Part shown: positions 27,370 to 37,087 of the stretch, one piece after another | Layout of the letters: the number at the start of each line of letters is the position of its first letter | How positions within the stretch are numbered: the first letter of the stretch is position 1 | DNA from: Candidatus Brocadiia bacterium | GTDB taxonomy: Bacteria; Planctomycetota; Brocadiia; SM23-32 | Assembly: GCA_046538485.1 (NCBI GenBank) | Contig: JBKHIT010000010.1 | Location: 1-64,000 of the forward strand | Direction of reading: 5' to 3' | Length of the DNA: 64,000 nucleotides | Program-made: the position numbers and the translations under genes | Notes under the pieces: generated by a model | Told to the model about the DNA's origin: nothing | What the model saw: only the letters and a program-made list of their open reading frames with translations | Databases searched by the model: none

Positions 27370-28317
27370 ATGCGTTCCAAAACGGTTTATTTCGTTGCGA
27401 TTTCGACATGTTTTCTGATTCTCGTTTCGTGCAAAGGAGACCGGAACAGACCGTCTCCGGCGGAAACCGCTGAGATACGCGTTCTGGTCAATATCGCCCC
27501 CCAGGCGTACTTTGTTGAACAGATTGGCGGGAAATACGTCGAAGTCGATGCACTGGTCGGGAAAGGAGAGAATCCCCACACCTTCCAGCCCACGCCGAAA
27601 CAGGTCATTTCTCTGGGAAAAGCGGAGATATATTTCCGGTCAAATATGCCCTTCGAGGAACGTCTTTTATCCAAAATCAGGGGCGGAACCAGTGATTTGA
27701 GAGTCGCGAATATCACCCGCGATACAGAGACTCCCGACGATCATAATGAAGAAGTGGAACACCACGAGCACGGTACAGAACACGAGGAACACGGCCACAG
27801 CCATGGTGGGCATATGGAGGGCGATCCGCACGTCTGGCTGTCGCCCCCCAAAATCAAACATCAGGCACGCCGCATCGCTCATGCTCTCACTGAAGTCGAT
27901 CCGGGCCACAAAGCGGCCTACAAGGAGAATCTTGAGGGCTTTCTGGAAAAAGTGGACCGGCTTCACACGGATCTCAAAGAGAAACTGGCCCCTTACAAGG
28001 GCCGAGCTTTCTACGTATTCCATCCTGCTTTCCACCATTTTGCAGAGGCATATGGTCTCGAACAGAAAGCTGTCGAGGCAGGCGGTCACACACCTTCTGC
28101 AAAACAGCTCCGTGCGCTGATCCAGCAGGCGCGCGCCGACAATGTAAGAGCCATATTTGTCCAGCCCCAGTTCGACAAACGTTCGGCGAACCGGATTGCG
28201 GAAGCGATCGGAGGAAGCTGCGTAACCATCGATCCTTTGAAGAAAAACGTGCTCGACAACCTGCGGGAAATTGCCGACAAAGTAACCAGTGCGCTCGCTA
28301 CGGCGTCTTCAAAATAG
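27370..28317 (+). CDS. znuA: Zinc ABC transporter substrate-binding lipoprotein
   Basis: Lipobox LVSC; NPHTFQP; His-rich loop; DPHVWLSP; FHPAF. Confidence 0.92.
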   Translation: MRSKTVYFVAISTCFLILVSCKGDRNRPSPAETAEIRVLVNIAPQAYFVEQIGGKYVEVDALVGKGENPHTFQPTPKQVISLGKAEIYFRSNMPFEERLLSKIRGGTSDLRVANITRDTETPDDHNEEVEHHEHGTEHEEHGHSHGGHMEGDPHVWLSPPKIKHQARRIAHALTEVDPGHKAAYKENLEGFLEKVDRLHTDLKEKLAPYKGRAFYVFHPAFHHFAEAYGLEQKAVEAGGHTPSAKQLRALIQQARADNVRAIFVQPQFDKRSANRIAEAIGGSCVTIDPLKKNVLDNLREIADKVTSALATASSK

Positions 28318-28405
28318 ACACATTTTGAACTCCGGAAGACAGACCGCAGTGATCCGATGGTTCTCCAACAATGCCGAGGCTTCATAGAATAAGGAGTCCT
28401 GAAAC

Positions 28406-29167
28406 ATGCCAGAGGCGCCCGTCGTTTCTTTCCAGGACGTCACATTCAGCTATGACGGTCAACCGGTTATTGAAGACGCTACCTTTTCTATTTCCGAGAG
28501 GGAGCTCATTTGCGCCGTTGGACCGAATGGCGGGGGGAAAACAACCCTTCTAAAGCTGGCGCTTGGTTTAATAACGCCCGATAGTGGAGCCGTCGGCGTG
28601 TTTGGGGAAAATCCAAAACGCGCCCGCAGCCGAATCGGATACATGCCGCAATATTCGCAGCATGACGCCCAGTTCCCCATCACAGCGATGGATGTGGTTC
28701 TGATGGGCCGGCTGGAACGGCACTGGTGCGGGCCGTATTCGGAAAAAGACAAGACCATTGCAAAAACAGCTCTCGAAGAAATGGGAATGGTTCGTTTGGC
28801 TGACGGATTATACTCATCCCTTTCGGGGGGGCAGAAGCAGCGCGTGTTGATTGCCAGAGCCCTGGCAACGCAGCCCGAACTTCTCATTCTTGACGAGCCC
28901 GCGGCCAACGTTGATCTCAGCCTGGAGGAAAAGCTCTACGATATTCTCAAAGAACTGAACCGTCGGATGGCGATTCTTCTGGTGACTCACGACCTGGGAT
29001 TTGTTTCGGAAATCGTCGAACGAGTTCTCTGCGTGAACCGACAGGTCGTTATCCATCCGACAAGCGAGATTACGGCAGAAGTCATCCAGAACCTTTACGG
29101 TGGCGATTTCCGGCTGGTGCGCCACGACCATACGTCTGAAGAGGAAAGCGGGGCAAAAGGTGACTGA
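28406..29167 (+). CDS. znuC: Zinc ABC transporter ATPase
   Basis: GPNGGGKT, IGYMPQ, LSGGQKQR, LDEP, VTHD. Confidence 0.93.
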   Translation: MPEAPVVSFQDVTFSYDGQPVIEDATFSISERELICAVGPNGGGKTTLLKLALGLITPDSGAVGVFGENPKRARSRIGYMPQYSQHDAQFPITAMDVVLMGRLERHWCGPYSEKDKTIAKTALEEMGMVRLADGLYSSLSGGQKQRVLIARALATQPELLILDEPAANVDLSLEEKLYDILKELNRRMAILLVTHDLGFVSEIVERVLCVNRQVVIHPTSEITAEVIQNLYGGDFRLVRHDHTSEEESGAKGD

Positions 29168-30002
29168 ACTTCTTGAGGCGCTTTTGGACCCAGAATTCGC
29201 TTTCCTCCGCTATGCATTTATTGCCGGAGCACTCGCCAGCGTAGCATTTGGCATTATGGGCACCTACGTGGTGGCCCGTCGCATTTCGTATCTCGCCGGA
29301 TCGATCGCCCACTGCGTCCTGGGAGGTATTGGGGCGGCGCTGTACGCCAACCGGGCGCTGGGATGGAGCTGGATACAACCGATGCATGGGGCGGTCGTGG
29401 CCGCTCTGCTGGCCGCAATTACTATCGGTTTGGTCAGTCTCTACGCCAAGCAAAGAGAAGACACAGTTATCGGAGCTCTCTGGGCCACGGGGATGGCAGT
29501 AGGTCTACTATTTCTTGCCCGCACGCCCGGTTATACAAATGCCATGAGCTATCTGTTCGGGGACATCATGATGATAGGCATACAGGATGTCTGGCTGGTG
29601 CTGGGCTTAGATGTTGTTGTTGTAACGCTTGCTACGGTTTTTTATCATAAATTTCTTGCGGTTTGTTTCGACGAACAGTTCGCTCGTCTGCGGGGGGTCA
29701 ACGTCGAAGCGTTCTACGTCCTGCTGCTTTGCCTGACAGCGGTCACAATCGTTCTGCTCGTCCAGATCGTTGGTATTGTGATGGTTATCGCTCTTCTGAC
29801 GCTCCCGGCAGCCGTGGGTAGCCATTTCTCCCGGCGCCTCTGGCAAATGATGGCGATGTCTGTGCTTTGCTGTCTGATTTTCGTCGTTCTGGGTTTGGGT
29901 TGCAGCTATTCATGGAATCTGCCCGCCGGTCCCGTCATCATCGTTTTTGCCGCCATCAGTTATCTCACAGTCGCGCTTTTGTATCGTTTCCGAACCGGGT
30001 AA
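29160..30002 (+). CDS. znuB: Zinc ABC transporter permease
   Basis: GTYVVARR...SIAH, SYLFGD, VGIVMVIALLTLPA; GTG start. Confidence 0.93.
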   Translation: MTELLEALLDPEFAFLRYAFIAGALASVAFGIMGTYVVARRISYLAGSIAHCVLGGIGAALYANRALGWSWIQPMHGAVVAALLAAITIGLVSLYAKQREDTVIGALWATGMAVGLLFLARTPGYTNAMSYLFGDIMMIGIQDVWLVLGLDVVVVTLATVFYHKFLAVCFDEQFARLRGVNVEAFYVLLLCLTAVTIVLLVQIVGIVMVIALLTLPAAVGSHFSRRLWQMMAMSVLCCLIFVVLGLGCSYSWNLPAGPVIIVFAAISYLTVALLYRFRTG

Positions 30003-30141
30003 TAACCTAAATCAATGCTTTCAACGCCAGTTTAAACACGGGCCGCGGTCCTCTTTTATGATTCAGGGTTGACACCGACGGTCTGCGCGGGTATTGTTCG
30101 ATTTGACAGGATACAACTATGCAAAAACGGGAGCGGAACCG

Positions 30142-30366
30142 ATGGAAAAAAAGGTATGGGTAAAACTGATGGCCTTGCTGGTAGCGATTGTCTTGATAGT
30201 CGTTTTGATCATCCAGAATACGGGGACACATCAGTTTCATATTCTGTTCTGGAAACTGCGCATTTCTCAGGCTCTTCTGCTACTGATTACCTTCCTTACC
30301 GGATTCGGGGCGGGCATTCTCACCATTCTTCACATTTCAGCTCGCCATAAAAAACGAAAGAAATAA
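30142..30366 (+). CDS. LapA/DUF1049-like small membrane protein
   Basis: TM-QN...FW-TM followed by a basic tail. Confidence 0.75.
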   Translation: MEKKVWVKLMALLVAIVLIVVLIIQNTGTHQFHILFWKLRISQALLLLITFLTGFGAGILTILHISARHKKRKK

Positions 30367-30378
30367 ATCTCGGCCCGC

Positions 30379-31521
30379 GTGAGTTCACCAAATATCACAC
30401 CGAAACAACGTATGCTGGCTGCATACCGGGGTAAGAAACTTGACCGCCTTCCTGTGGCTCCTGAATTCTGGTGTTATATGGCAGCGCGAACTCTGGGCGT
30501 TAACCAGATCGAACTGCATCGCGAGATTCCGCTTTGGAAAGCCCTCCAGGAGACGTTTAAACACTACGAGTGTGAAGGATGGGCGGTGGTCGGCCCGGCA
30601 GCTCCCCCATGCCCTTTCAGAATAGAAACCGAAGAGAAGAAAGACGATAAACGGATTGAGATAGTGCATACCGTGCATGCAGAGAATCGCAACCTTACCT
30701 CACGGCAGCTGATGACCGCCGATGATCCACCCTGGAGAGTCGAACGCCCGATTAAGGATTTTGAAGCGGACTGGGAAATCTATAAAAAAATCGCCCTGCC
30801 TGATCCGGCCGAATATAACTGGGAGCCAGTCTGTGATGCTCTCAGGGAAGTGGGTGAAGATTACTTGCTTGAAGTCTTCATCGCGAATCCGTTCACGGAC
30901 TTTGTGGGAGAGCCGCGCGAAGGGGATTTTACCCAAATGATCCTCGACCTGACAGACCACGAGCATTACCTGACGGAACTCAGGCAACGTTATATCGAAC
31001 ACCGTTGCCAGCTGATCCGAGACGCGCTGGCAAAAACACCGGCGGAAAGTGTTTTCATCGGATGCTCCTGGGCCTGCGCTTCGCTCTTGGGCGCGCCGCT
31101 GTGGCGTAAATGGGATAAACCTGCGTTGCAAACTTTCGTGAAAACCGCCCATGATTCCGGCGGACTGATACACATCCACTGCCACGGTTCATGCACTGAA
31201 TTGGTACCGGACTTCGCGGAAATGGAGGTCGATTGCCTCTGCCCATTAGAACGCCCGCCGGGTGGGGATGTAACACCTGAAAACATGCCCGAGATCAAAG
31301 ATATTACAAGGGGCAATATGACGCTGAATGGAAACGTTCACACGGTTGAAACTCTCATCCGTGCAGAGCCGCAAGACGTCCGTGAGGAAGTGGAAGAAAC
31401 CCTCAATTTGTGGGGAGACGATGGGCGCCTGATCGTGGGGACAGGTGATCAGGTGGGCGGGGAGACGCCGGATGAAAACATCCATGCGATGATCGAAACG
31501 GTGAAAACGTACGGAGAATAA
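30379..31521 (+). CDS. Uroporphyrinogen decarboxylase (MtaA/CmuA-like) family protein
   Basis: TPKQRMLAA...DRLPV, HIHCHG, NGNV, TPDENIHAM. Confidence 0.85.
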   Translation: MSSPNITPKQRMLAAYRGKKLDRLPVAPEFWCYMAARTLGVNQIELHREIPLWKALQETFKHYECEGWAVVGPAAPPCPFRIETEEKKDDKRIEIVHTVHAENRNLTSRQLMTADDPPWRVERPIKDFEADWEIYKKIALPDPAEYNWEPVCDALREVGEDYLLEVFIANPFTDFVGEPREGDFTQMILDLTDHEHYLTELRQRYIEHRCQLIRDALAKTPAESVFIGCSWACASLLGAPLWRKWDKPALQTFVKTAHDSGGLIHIHCHGSCTELVPDFAEMEVDCLCPLERPPGGDVTPENMPEIKDITRGNMTLNGNVHTVETLIRAEPQDVREEVEETLNLWGDDGRLIVGTGDQVGGETPDENIHAMIETVKTYGE

Positions 31522-31577
31522 CGGGGCAGGTTTTTATCTAACCGCCGGGCCTGCGAGCGCAATAGCAAAAATTGCTC

Positions 31578-32039
31578 TCAGTGCCCTGTTGATCCGAAAC
31601 CTCCCAGGCCCCGTTCGGTATCGTCCAGTTCGTCAACTTCCACCATTTCGGCCTGTATAGCACGAGCAATAACCATTTGCGCGATCCGCATGCCCCGTTG
31701 GACCACAAAAGGTTTCTCCCCGAAATTCGCAAGGATGACGCCTATTTCGTTTCGGTAATCGCTATCGATGGTGCCGGGCGCGTTGAGAACTGTAACTCCC
31801 TGCTTTAATGCGAGGCCGCTTCGTGGCCGCACCTGGGCCTCAAAGCCGGTGGGAAGAGCGATATGGATACCGGTGGGGATGAGTTTTACCTCTCCGGGCT
31901 CAATGGTTTTATCCCGCACCACCGCGGCAACAAGATCCATCCCGGCGGCCCCTTTACTCATATAACGCGGCAGCTCAAGGTCATCGCATCCTTTTTTCCG
32001 CCGGATAAGCACCTTCACTCCGTTCTCGGTTCCGTCCAT
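31578..32039 (-). CDS. dut: dUTP diphosphatase
   Basis: [34 protein letters not shown]. Confidence 0.97.
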   Translation of the reverse strand: MDGTENGVKVLIRRKKGCDDLELPRYMSKGAAGMDLVAAVVRDKTIEPGEVKLIPTGIHIALPTGFEAQVRPRSGLALKQGVTVLNAPGTIDSDYRNEIGVILANFGEKPFVVQRGMRIAQMVIARAIQAEMVEVDELDDTERGLGGFGSTGH

Positions 32040-32133
32040 CACAACCTCCAGATGAATTACTTCTGTTCGCAAAATTTCCTGTTTTAAAGCTAATTGCGGC
32101 CTTTTTCAGCTTAGCAAGAATCTACAATGAATT

Positions 32134-32691
32134 TCACGAACTTACCAGGAAATGTATTTCTTCAACGATTTGCTCGACGGGGGCAAGGTGACCGGCACCG
32201 TGTTTTCCGCTGGCGAGTTTTCCTTCCACCGGATCAACAATATGGACATCGGCCTGTTTTCCCAGCTTATGCACATTCCTGACAACAGCGAAATTTTTCC
32301 ACATGCGGTCGTTCATAGCAGGTGCAACCAGTTTCGGGCAATCGCACGCGAGCCACGTCGTGCTGAGAATTTCGTCGGCAAAACCCCAGGTAATTTTGGC
32401 AATAATATTAGCGGTCGCCGGGACGATCGCCACCAGGTCCACCCACTCTGCCAGTTCAATGTGCACGAGGTTAGCTTGGCCTTCAGGCACCCACAAACCG
32501 GTGGTCACGGGCCGACCAGACAGAGAACGGAATGTGGTCGGAGTCACAAGTTTCTGGGCCGCTTCGGTCATAACAACCTTTACCTGATGTCCGCGATCCA
32601 TCAGGCCTCTGAGGACCGAACATGACTTATAGGCGGCAATTGAACCACTGACGCCGAGAACAATATTTTTCCCGTTTTTATGTTGACCCAT
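32134..32691 (-). CDS. coaC: Phosphopantothenoylcysteine decarboxylase (stand-alone CoaC flavoprotein)
   Basis: GVSGSIAAYK, HIELA, PATANIIAK, APAMN; no CoaB domain. Confidence 0.88.
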   Translation of the reverse strand: MGQHKNGKNIVLGVSGSIAAYKSCSVLRGLMDRGHQVKVVMTEAAQKLVTPTTFRSLSGRPVTTGLWVPEGQANLVHIELAEWVDLVAIVPATANIIAKITWGFADEILSTTWLACDCPKLVAPAMNDRMWKNFAVVRNVHKLGKQADVHIVDPVEGKLASGKHGAGHLAPVEQIVEEIHFLVSS

Positions 32692-32948
32692 ATTTCTCCT
32701 CCTGCTAATTCTCTCAAATATTACTCCTCCCCTGGCCATGACGCAAGCCGCGGCTCATATTCTCCCGCAGATAGACGACGGTGACAAAACCCTGCTGGGC
32801 TGCTTCGGTCCAGAATACTTTACTTGACACAACTGGTATACGAGGTATAAGGTAATCTCACTGATGAATTAACCAAAAAAAGAGAATCATACACTACCAG
32901 CGGCTTGGTCTGCGGTTCTCATTACGCCATAGAGGAGGTTTTTCTCAG

Positions 32949-35075
32949 ATGCGAGGGAAGCCGGATAGATTTGCATCTTCAAATATAGAGCGGCCCTTGA
33001 ATTTAAGTTCAAGAACTGTTGCCCATATCACGGTTTTGATCATTGTAATGGCTGCGGCTCTGAGCGGTTGTTCCAAAGGCAGAGATCCCAAGGCACTTGT
33101 TGAATCTCTTGGCAGTTCCAGCAGCAAAGAACGCAAAACTGCCAAAAATGAGCTGATGCGAGATCCGGAAAAGGCTCTGGTTGAAATTAAAAAAGCCTTC
33201 AAGGCGGCGGAAGGTACTGAGAGAGGTCTTCGCATTATCAAGGGGACGGTAGCTGTGCTGGAAGCTACAGGTACGCCTGAAGCACTGGAAACAGTTGCCG
33301 AAAGAATCGATGATCCGAATCCCAAAATCCGCCAGATTGTTATAGACGCCCTGGGCAATCTTTCGCAAGCGCGGAAAAAATCCTCGGTTGAACATTTGAA
33401 AAAAGCTCTGCAGGACGAGAATACCGCATGTCAACAGGCCGCCGCCCAGGCCCTTCGCAATATGAATTACCGGATGGCAACCGATGCTCTTGAAGAAGCC
33501 TATCAGCGACGCGAAGGCGCGGACTCTATCTTCGCAGCCCAGGCTCTTTACAGCATGGACAGACGTTCCTCGGCGGCAATATACTTACTCAAAAACCTCG
33601 GGAGCAGGCGGGAAATTACTCAACAAGCGGCGGCACAGGCTGTTTTAAGCCTCGGTAAAAGCCGCTTCGTTGGCCGGCCTTTCATTGAATTGCTCGTCGA
33701 ATTTGTCAGGGGAAATCCTGATTCCGCCGCTTCTCGAAAGGCCCTCAGTTCCATACGCGATGCAATACTGAAAGAGTTTGAGGAAAAAGAAGCGCTTCCT
33801 CCGAAAAGAACGCGAGACATAATGGCCTCCCTCGGGATGATTGGCGACAAAAAAAGTGTGAATAAATTGCTATCGGTTTTGACAGAGAGCAAAAAAGATA
33901 TTACGGCCCGATTGGCAGCGGCTGAAGCACTTGGAAACGCGGCGCGGGGCGCCGGAGAGGCGGCCAACCTGGACTTCAAAGAAAAAATAATTCAATCGCT
34001 TCAAGAGGTGAAAAACCGCGAAGAGGACAAAGAAGATAAACGCGTTCAAATCGGCTGTGCGATCTCTCTGTGCCAGCTTAAAAATCCAGACGGCGTGAAA
34101 TATCTCCTTTCCCAACTCAGCCCGGAACAAGATAACGACAAGAAAGACACACAAGAGATGACGGATTTGCGAATACGAGCGCAGGAAGCACTTACATCCT
34201 CCGGCAAATTCGTCGTCCCCTATCTGATTACGGCTCTCGATAAGAAAACAGGGAGTAAAACTAGCTACTGGGCTGCGGCTACAACACTCGGGGAGCTGCG
34301 CACAGAAAAAGCTATTCCTCTACTTGCTGAACACCTTAATACTACTGTTTCCCCGCGGCGCGTAAAACCCGAACCCAGTGACCCCTCCGGTGAAATTCCT
34401 GTCGCTGAAGGTAGCATGATCGATGTGAAAGGAATACATGTAGGCCTGGGAGACGCACGGTGGGCGGGCGTATTGGTAAGGATATTTGCAACTCTCGTGG
34501 CCGCCGTTTTGCTGAGCTTGCTGGGTATTCTAATCATTTTAGCAGCGGACCGAAAAAGCATCACATGGAAGGCGATGTTGCCTTCGGGTATAGCCATAGC
34601 TGTCATTGCCCTCCTGATAGGCTTGCACTACGGAGCGAAAGCAGAAAGGAAACTCGAGCCAAAAGGAAGCGGTAAACAGGCACATGGGATGTTTTCGCCA
34701 ACGCGTCGGGAAATCTATAGCGCTGTTTTCCCCCGTGACGACGTAATCCCGGCCCGTTCGGTCGTGGTGCGAAAAGCCGCCGCCCTCGCGCTCGCTCGAA
34801 TCGGAACCGATGAAGCAAAAAAGGAGCTGCAACGCGCGCAAAAGATCCACAATAATGTTGCGGAAAAGCTGAAAGAATTCGTTCGTCTGCGTCAATACCT
34901 TAATCTTGTGCCGCAACGGGTGAAAGACCACAAAGCGCGTCACGAAGCCGGACTGTTGCTCGAAAAATTAGGGCAGCACTTGATCAATGAGCAGAGGGCC
35001 GTTCTCTTCTACATACAACAGGGAATCGGTTCAGAAACCGAACCCAAAACCCCGCCTGCCGGTGCAACCTTATAA
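32949..35075 (+). CDS. HEAT-repeat protein, probable lipoprotein with C-terminal TM pair
   Basis: LSGC lipobox; repeats such as IRQIVIDALG, RLAAAEALG, AAATTLGE, VRKAAALALARIG; start uncertain. Confidence 0.8.
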   Translation: MRGKPDRFASSNIERPLNLSSRTVAHITVLIIVMAAALSGCSKGRDPKALVESLGSSSSKERKTAKNELMRDPEKALVEIKKAFKAAEGTERGLRIIKGTVAVLEATGTPEALETVAERIDDPNPKIRQIVIDALGNLSQARKKSSVEHLKKALQDENTACQQAAAQALRNMNYRMATDALEEAYQRREGADSIFAAQALYSMDRRSSAAIYLLKNLGSRREITQQAAAQAVLSLGKSRFVGRPFIELLVEFVRGNPDSAASRKALSSIRDAILKEFEEKEALPPKRTRDIMASLGMIGDKKSVNKLLSVLTESKKDITARLAAAEALGNAARGAGEAANLDFKEKIIQSLQEVKNREEDKEDKRVQIGCAISLCQLKNPDGVKYLLSQLSPEQDNDKKDTQEMTDLRIRAQEALTSSGKFVVPYLITALDKKTGSKTSYWAAATTLGELRTEKAIPLLAEHLNTTVSPRRVKPEPSDPSGEIPVAEGSMIDVKGIHVGLGDARWAGVLVRIFATLVAAVLLSLLGILIILAADRKSITWKAMLPSGIAIAVIALLIGLHYGAKAERKLEPKGSGKQAHGMFSPTRREIYSAVFPRDDVIPARSVVVRKAAALALARIGTDEAKKELQRAQKIHNNVAEKLKEFVRLRQYLNLVPQRVKDHKARHEAGLLLEKLGQHLINEQRAVLFYIQQGIGSETEPKTPPAGATL

Positions 35076-35165
35076 GCAACGCCCAAAGCAAACTGCCCCG
35101 GCACGAATCAAATTTGTACACCTCGCCTGAAGAATTCTTTTCTGGCACCTGCAACGCAGCTCTGA

Positions 35166-35510
35166 TCATTCGCATCTGCACCCATCATTGGTCATCTCCG
35201 TTTCCTCTTCTGTTTTGTCCGGTGGTTCCACCGGATCGTATCCTCCTTTGCAAAAGGGGTTGCAGCGCATAATTCGCCATATCCCTTTTAACAAACCGAT
35301 GAGTGGACCTTTTTTGCGGAGTGCTTCGGCCATATATTCACTGCATGTCGGCGTAAATCGGCACACTGACGGAGTAATTCTTGAGATCGTCAGGCGATAG
35401 AGCTCCACGAGGGCAATTAGCAGCCACTCGACGGGCTTTCCTATTAGCCGAAGGAAACGCCCTACCTTTTTCCAAATCGATGTCTTTTCCTCGCCGTTCT
35501 TCACGCTCAA
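35166..35510 (-). CDS. yidD: Membrane protein insertion efficiency factor
   Basis: CRFTPTCSEY, RIMRCNPF..GGYDPV. Confidence 0.95.
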   Translation of the reverse strand: MSVKNGEEKTSIWKKVGRFLRLIGKPVEWLLIALVELYRLTISRITPSVCRFTPTCSEYMAEALRKKGPLIGLLKGIWRIMRCNPFCKGGYDPVEPPDKTEEETEMTNDGCRCE

Positions 35511-35562
35511 CCTTTGATCCGTTATCTACAGACCTTCCCCGTGGTTTCTTACACTGATCTTC

Positions 35563-35919
35563 TTAATTTGCATCCTGCAGAAGCTCGGTCAACTTTAGAA
35601 ATGCACCTTCCACACCGGCAACATCTTCTATTCTGCTTTCCCAGGCCACTCCAACCACAAGATCATACGCCGCTGGCAAACGGTTCCGGTACCGCCGGAA
35701 TGCTTCCCGGATCTTGCGTTTCCACCGGTTCCGTACGGTAGCCTTTCCCGTCTTGCGCCCGATAGAAAGTCCCAGACGACTATCAGAGCCGTCTCCACCA
35801 TCGCGCCGTAAGGCATGTACACGCAGAGGACCGACAACGTGCTTTTTCCCCTGGCGGTAAACCTTCTGAAATTGCCGGGATTGTCTCAAGCGTGCTTTCT
35901 TGGGAAACTTTGCCCTCAT
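35563..35919 (-). CDS. rnpA: Ribonuclease P protein component
   Basis: RL...FQKVY, RLGLSIGRK.GKATVRNRWKRKIRE (RNR motif). Confidence 0.95.
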   Translation of the reverse strand: MRAKFPKKARLRQSRQFQKVYRQGKKHVVGPLRVHALRRDGGDGSDSRLGLSIGRKTGKATVRNRWKRKIREAFRRYRNRLPAAYDLVVGVAWESRIEDVAGVEGAFLKLTELLQDAN

Positions 35920-35944
35920 TTTCGGTGCTCCAGCCAGCTCAGAA

Positions 35945-37045
35945 TTACTCCTCATCCAGAGTCTCCCCCATTACAAAATCGTTAAATCCCGATGAGCGCC
36001 TTAATGACACAGATTTCGGATTTTCCGATTTATTCCTCATGATAAAACATTCCACGCCATCGAGCGATTCCACAAGTTTGATCGCTTTCTCAGGTCTCAG
36101 AACACTGATGGATGTCGCCAGAGCATCGGCCATCATTGCATCGGGAGCGATAACCGTCGCCGACGGGACATTCTGCACCGGTTTGCCTGATCGAGGGTCG
36201 ATAATATGCGAAGATTTCTGCTCATCAATGCGAAAATATCGGGCGTAATCTCCGCTTGTAGCAACCGCTGCATCCGCCAGTCGGAGTACAATGGGAGGAT
36301 GATCTCCTGGGCGAGGGTCACGCACCTGAACTTTCCACTTCTCGCCGTCTTCCCGTCGGCCGATCATCCTCATATCCCCGCCGATATCGACCCATCCTTT
36401 TCCTGCTCCGGCTTTTTTCATAGCCAGGGCCGCCTGTTCGATGGCATAACCTTTGGCAATCCCTCCGAGATCGACCATCATTCCCGTTTTCTCAAACCTC
36501 GCCCCTTTTCCTCCGACAATCAGGTGCTCGCTTCCAACTCTTTTAAGCGCACGCTTTATCTCTTTTTCAGTCGGGATTTTTCCTTTTTCCGCACCTTCCC
36601 GCCACACCTTTCGTATCGGTGCATATGTCACATCGAATGCCCCCTCAGTGAGATCAGAAAAACGGAGCGCTGATTTTAAAACGTGTCGCGTTTCCGCCGA
36701 AAGAGAGACCTTTTTTTCTTTGCCGGCACGGTTCAGGCAACTCACTTCGCTGTCTGGTCGATAGGTGCTCATCAGTTTTTCGACGCGCTGGACGGCAGCA
36801 ACAGCCGGGGCAAACATCTTCCGTGCTGATTCGGCGTCATCGGCCACCACGATCAGGATCGCATCCGTGCTCATAGCATCGAAACGGTGGCAGAATCGTT
36901 TCGGATGACGGCTGTCCAGCTGTTCCACAACAAGGTTCTGCGGAGGATTCGAGGGCAATCCTCGCAAATTGAGCAGCAGAACTGCCCCACAAAAAACCAG
37001 AATAAGGACGACAAAGAAAATTTTATCTGTGGCTTTTGTTTCCAT
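35945..37045 (-). CDS. apbE: FAD:protein FMN transferase
   Basis: AFDVT, DLGGIAKGY, ATSGDY, HIIDPRSG, ADALAT. Confidence 0.95.
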   Translation of the reverse strand: METKATDKIFFVVLILVFCGAVLLLNLRGLPSNPPQNLVVEQLDSRHPKRFCHRFDAMSTDAILIVVADDAESARKMFAPAVAAVQRVEKLMSTYRPDSEVSCLNRAGKEKKVSLSAETRHVLKSALRFSDLTEGAFDVTYAPIRKVWREGAEKGKIPTEKEIKRALKRVGSEHLIVGGKGARFEKTGMMVDLGGIAKGYAIEQAALAMKKAGAGKGWVDIGGDMRMIGRREDGEKWKVQVRDPRPGDHPPIVLRLADAAVATSGDYARYFRIDEQKSSHIIDPRSGKPVQNVPSATVIAPDAMMADALATSISVLRPEKAIKLVESLDGVECFIMRNKSENPKSVSLRRSSGFNDFVMGETLDEE

Positions 37046-37087
37046 ATGGGTTCCGATTGAAACCAGGACCACCGAGAAGAAAGAGTA

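Noticed and set aside
32134..32691. Truncated coaBC pseudogene
   Set aside because: The ORF ends cleanly after a full flavoprotein domain, and stand-alone CoaC proteins are known
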